Assembly: GCA_963755495.1 (NCBI GenBank)
Contig: CAVWJS010000012.1
Span: 262,423 to 326,422 of the forward strand
DNA length: 64,000 nt
Direction of reading: 5' to 3'
Source: an uncultured Acidimicrobiaceae bacterium
GTDB lineage: Bacteria; Actinomycetota; Acidimicrobiia; Acidimicrobiales; RAAP-2
The position numbers and the translations under genes were made by a program. Below are positions 61,995 to 64,000 of this stretch, piece after piece. The notes below the pieces were generated by a model that did not search any database, was not told the DNA's origin, and saw only the letters and a list, made by a program, of their open reading frames with translations. Numbering within the stretch: the first letter of the stretch is position 1; every line of letters starts with the position of its first letter.

Positions 61995-62200
61995 TGCTAC
62001 GACGTCTCCGTTCGTCGGGGCGGGCTGCGAGCCACCAGTGTGGCACGCCTGCGCCCGGTCGGGCCGCATTTGACGAGACGTTTTCCTACCACTGGTACTA
62101 CCAAGTGGGGTTGGCGGCGGGTCTCAGCGCTGTGGCATGCCCGCCTTTCTCCGAATTTCCGGTACGACCGACGGCGTACCAAGGAGGTCAAAGGCGGTGT

Positions 62201-63959
62201 CTAGGCGGGTCCGATACGGGCCAGCGTGACCCCAGTCAGGACACACAGCAGCTCCAGCGCCTGAACGGCCTCTGGTTCGATGATCCCGGCATCGGGACCG
62301 GCCAGGACCAGGAGGCCCGACGGCACGCCACGGTCTCGAATGGCGGCCACGAACACGGTGCCGAATCCCTGGTCGCGCAACAAGCCCATGGGCCCGAATG
62401 TGCGGCTGATGACCGGACCGGTGCTGTAGCTGGAAGCGACGTGAGAGACGAGGCCTGCCAACTGCTCCACTTCGGACGCCGTGAGGCTGGCGATTTCATC
62501 GGCACGAGCCCCCGTGGATCCCTGCTGCACCAGGCTTCCTTTGACCCGCGTCCAAAGGACCGCCGACTGCAGGCGCGCCACGGCGACGCTTGCCGTGGCC
62601 GCGGTCACCGCGAGCTCTTCCAGGGACAGGGACTCGGCGATGCGAGGAGCATGCCACCCGAAGTCGACGAGGGGTGAGCCGCGCGACGAGCTCAACCCCG
62701 TGCGCTCGAAGGCGGCTTCAAGCACGGTCACCGCGGCCCGCACGGCCTCGGCCTGTTGGTTGTCGATCGGTGCGGGTGCGTCGACGTTGAGGACCCCCAC
62801 AACTCGTCGCTGGACGATCAGGGGAACCGCGAATTCCGCCACGATGCTGGGAACGGCTTCCCGGTAGCGGGAGTCAGCCGAAACATCTTGCACCAAGATG
62901 GCCTCGCCCGCCGCAAAGGCCGATCCGGTCAGGCCCACGCCTGCTTCTATGCCGTCGAGGATCTGCCATTGACCGCGGCCCGAGAGGAAGCGGAGCATTC
63001 CTGCTCGTTCCACATAGACACTCGGCAAGAACTCGAAGTTCTCGCTGAGGTAGGCGGTGACCTCGTCGGCGGCATCGCTCGGGTCGAGTGTCTTCTCCAC
63101 TCGGTCCGCTAGGGATCCCACTCCTGTCACCGACGTCTCGCGACCGTCGGCACGGTGGGTTCCGGCGGAGCGCCAACGCCGAGGCTGGGGCCAGCCATCC
63201 CCGGGACGCGCCAGAAGATAGCCCTGCACCAGATCGATGCCGACGGCGCGCAAGGCATTGAGCTCCTCGCTCGTTTCGACGCCTTCGGCCAGCGATGTGA
63301 TCCCTCCCTGTCGGGCGAATCCGACCAGACCACGCAGGACGGCCAACTTGTTCGGATCGCGATGAGCCTTGTGGACCAGGCTCCGATCGATCTTGATGAA
63401 TTGGGGGTGCAGCTGCAGGACGTGCGACATGCTCGAGTAGCCGGCCCCCACGTCGTCGATGGCGAGCATCGTCGAGGCGGCCGACCACATCTGGAGCCGG
63501 CGTCGCAGCTCCTGGTAGTCAGAGACCGGCTCGTGTTCGGTGATCTCGAGCACCCGTGGGGGAAGCGAGTTCAGAACGTCGTCGACCCGAGGGTCGAGCA
63601 AGGTGCGGGCGGAGAGGTTCACGAAGAGGCGCGACGTCGTCCGGCGGCGTTCCCCGGTCGCGCACCGCGCGCAGGCAGGCCAACTCCAATTCGGTGCGGA
63701 CGCCAAGGTAGGACGCGTGCTCCAGCCACTGGTCCGGCCCGCTGCTACAGGGGATCGGCGTCCGCATCAGCATCTCGAAACCGAGGATGGAACCGTCGGC
63801 CAGTCTGACGATCGGCTGGGCGGCCATCTCGATTGCGCCGGGCTGCAGCAGCTCCTGGACCAACCTGGTGAGCGAATCTCCCCCAGCAGGAACCGGCACC
63901 TCGGAGCGCTGACCGGCACGGCCCCACCCTGCGTGGTCCACCTGTGAGCGAAGAGCCAT
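62201..63959 (-). pseudogene. EAL phosphodiesterase domain protein with two C-terminal GAF-like domains; frame break near 63625-63660 in this assembly
   Basis: ORF 63519..63959 carries the EAL N-terminus (AAQPIVRLADGSILGFEMLMR). ORF 62201..63706 continues one frame over: RLFVNLSARTLLD, EITEHEPV, AIDDVGAGYSSMSHV, KIDRSLV and AEGVETSEELNALRAVGIDLVQGYLLARP. Two GAF-like regions follow (e.g. AEFAVPLIVQRRVVGVLNVDA). Confidence 0.75.
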
Positions 63960-64000
63960 GGCTGCCTTTTGTTGGAAGAGTCACACCCCATGCTGCGCGG

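Overview
This is a 64-kb, densely coding chromosomal segment with visibly high G+C content. Its marker genes and gene order fit an Actinomycetota core genome: mycothiol synthase mshD, a Ddn-like F420 enzyme, ppm1, and the ruvCAB-yajC-secDF-rel-hisS-aspS and alaS-ruvX-mltG-aroE blocks. A class-level guess of Acidimicrobiia would be speculation only. Gene content in order: DUF899 (partial), yebC, ruvCAB, a two-component pair, yajC-secD-secF, relA, hisS, aspS, rarA. Next come a secreted S53 (sedolisin) peptidase with an IPT domain and six 42-aa repeats, alaS-ruvX-mltG-aroE, and an MscS-like channel. Two convergent SEDS (RodA/FtsW) genes then flank a DUF151 protein. These are followed by ppk1, DUF1345, a small ANTAR gene with a coupled unknown partner, a UPF0104 membrane protein, an AI-2E transporter, ppm1 and a second two-component pair. 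The rest is MaoC-menG-menF, a VIT-family gene, mshD, nth, an RHH/PIN-like toxin-antitoxin pair, hisDCBHAF-(GroES paralogue)-hisI-trpE, a ygfZ-like gene, two small membrane genes, an antisense Ddn-like gene, trpCFBA, a PRC-barrel gene, the fabD-fabG-acpP-fabF operon and an EAL-GAF-GAF gene. I found no rRNA, tRNA, CRISPR, transposase, integrase or phage genes, and the toxin-antitoxin pair is the only clearly accessory module. I did not find an obvious multi-gene novel system. The observations most worth a second look are: (1) seven tandem 19-nt GAGCC-N3-GGTTC units in the leader of the PRC-barrel gene; (2) a triplicated hisB/hisH stop-start junction that creates two 7-codon relay ORFs; (3) the S53-IPT-repeat protein with nearly identical 126-bp tandem repeats; (4) a GroES paralogue embedded in the his operon; (5) a lysine-less biotinyl/lipoyl-like domain fused to FabD; (6) the mini ANTAR operon. 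Caveat: at least eight conserved genes have broken or displaced reading frames (sensor kinase, secD, probably secF and hisS, fabF, fabD twice, the EAL gene). This looks more like indel errors in the assembly than real pseudogenes. All start coordinates are predictions.
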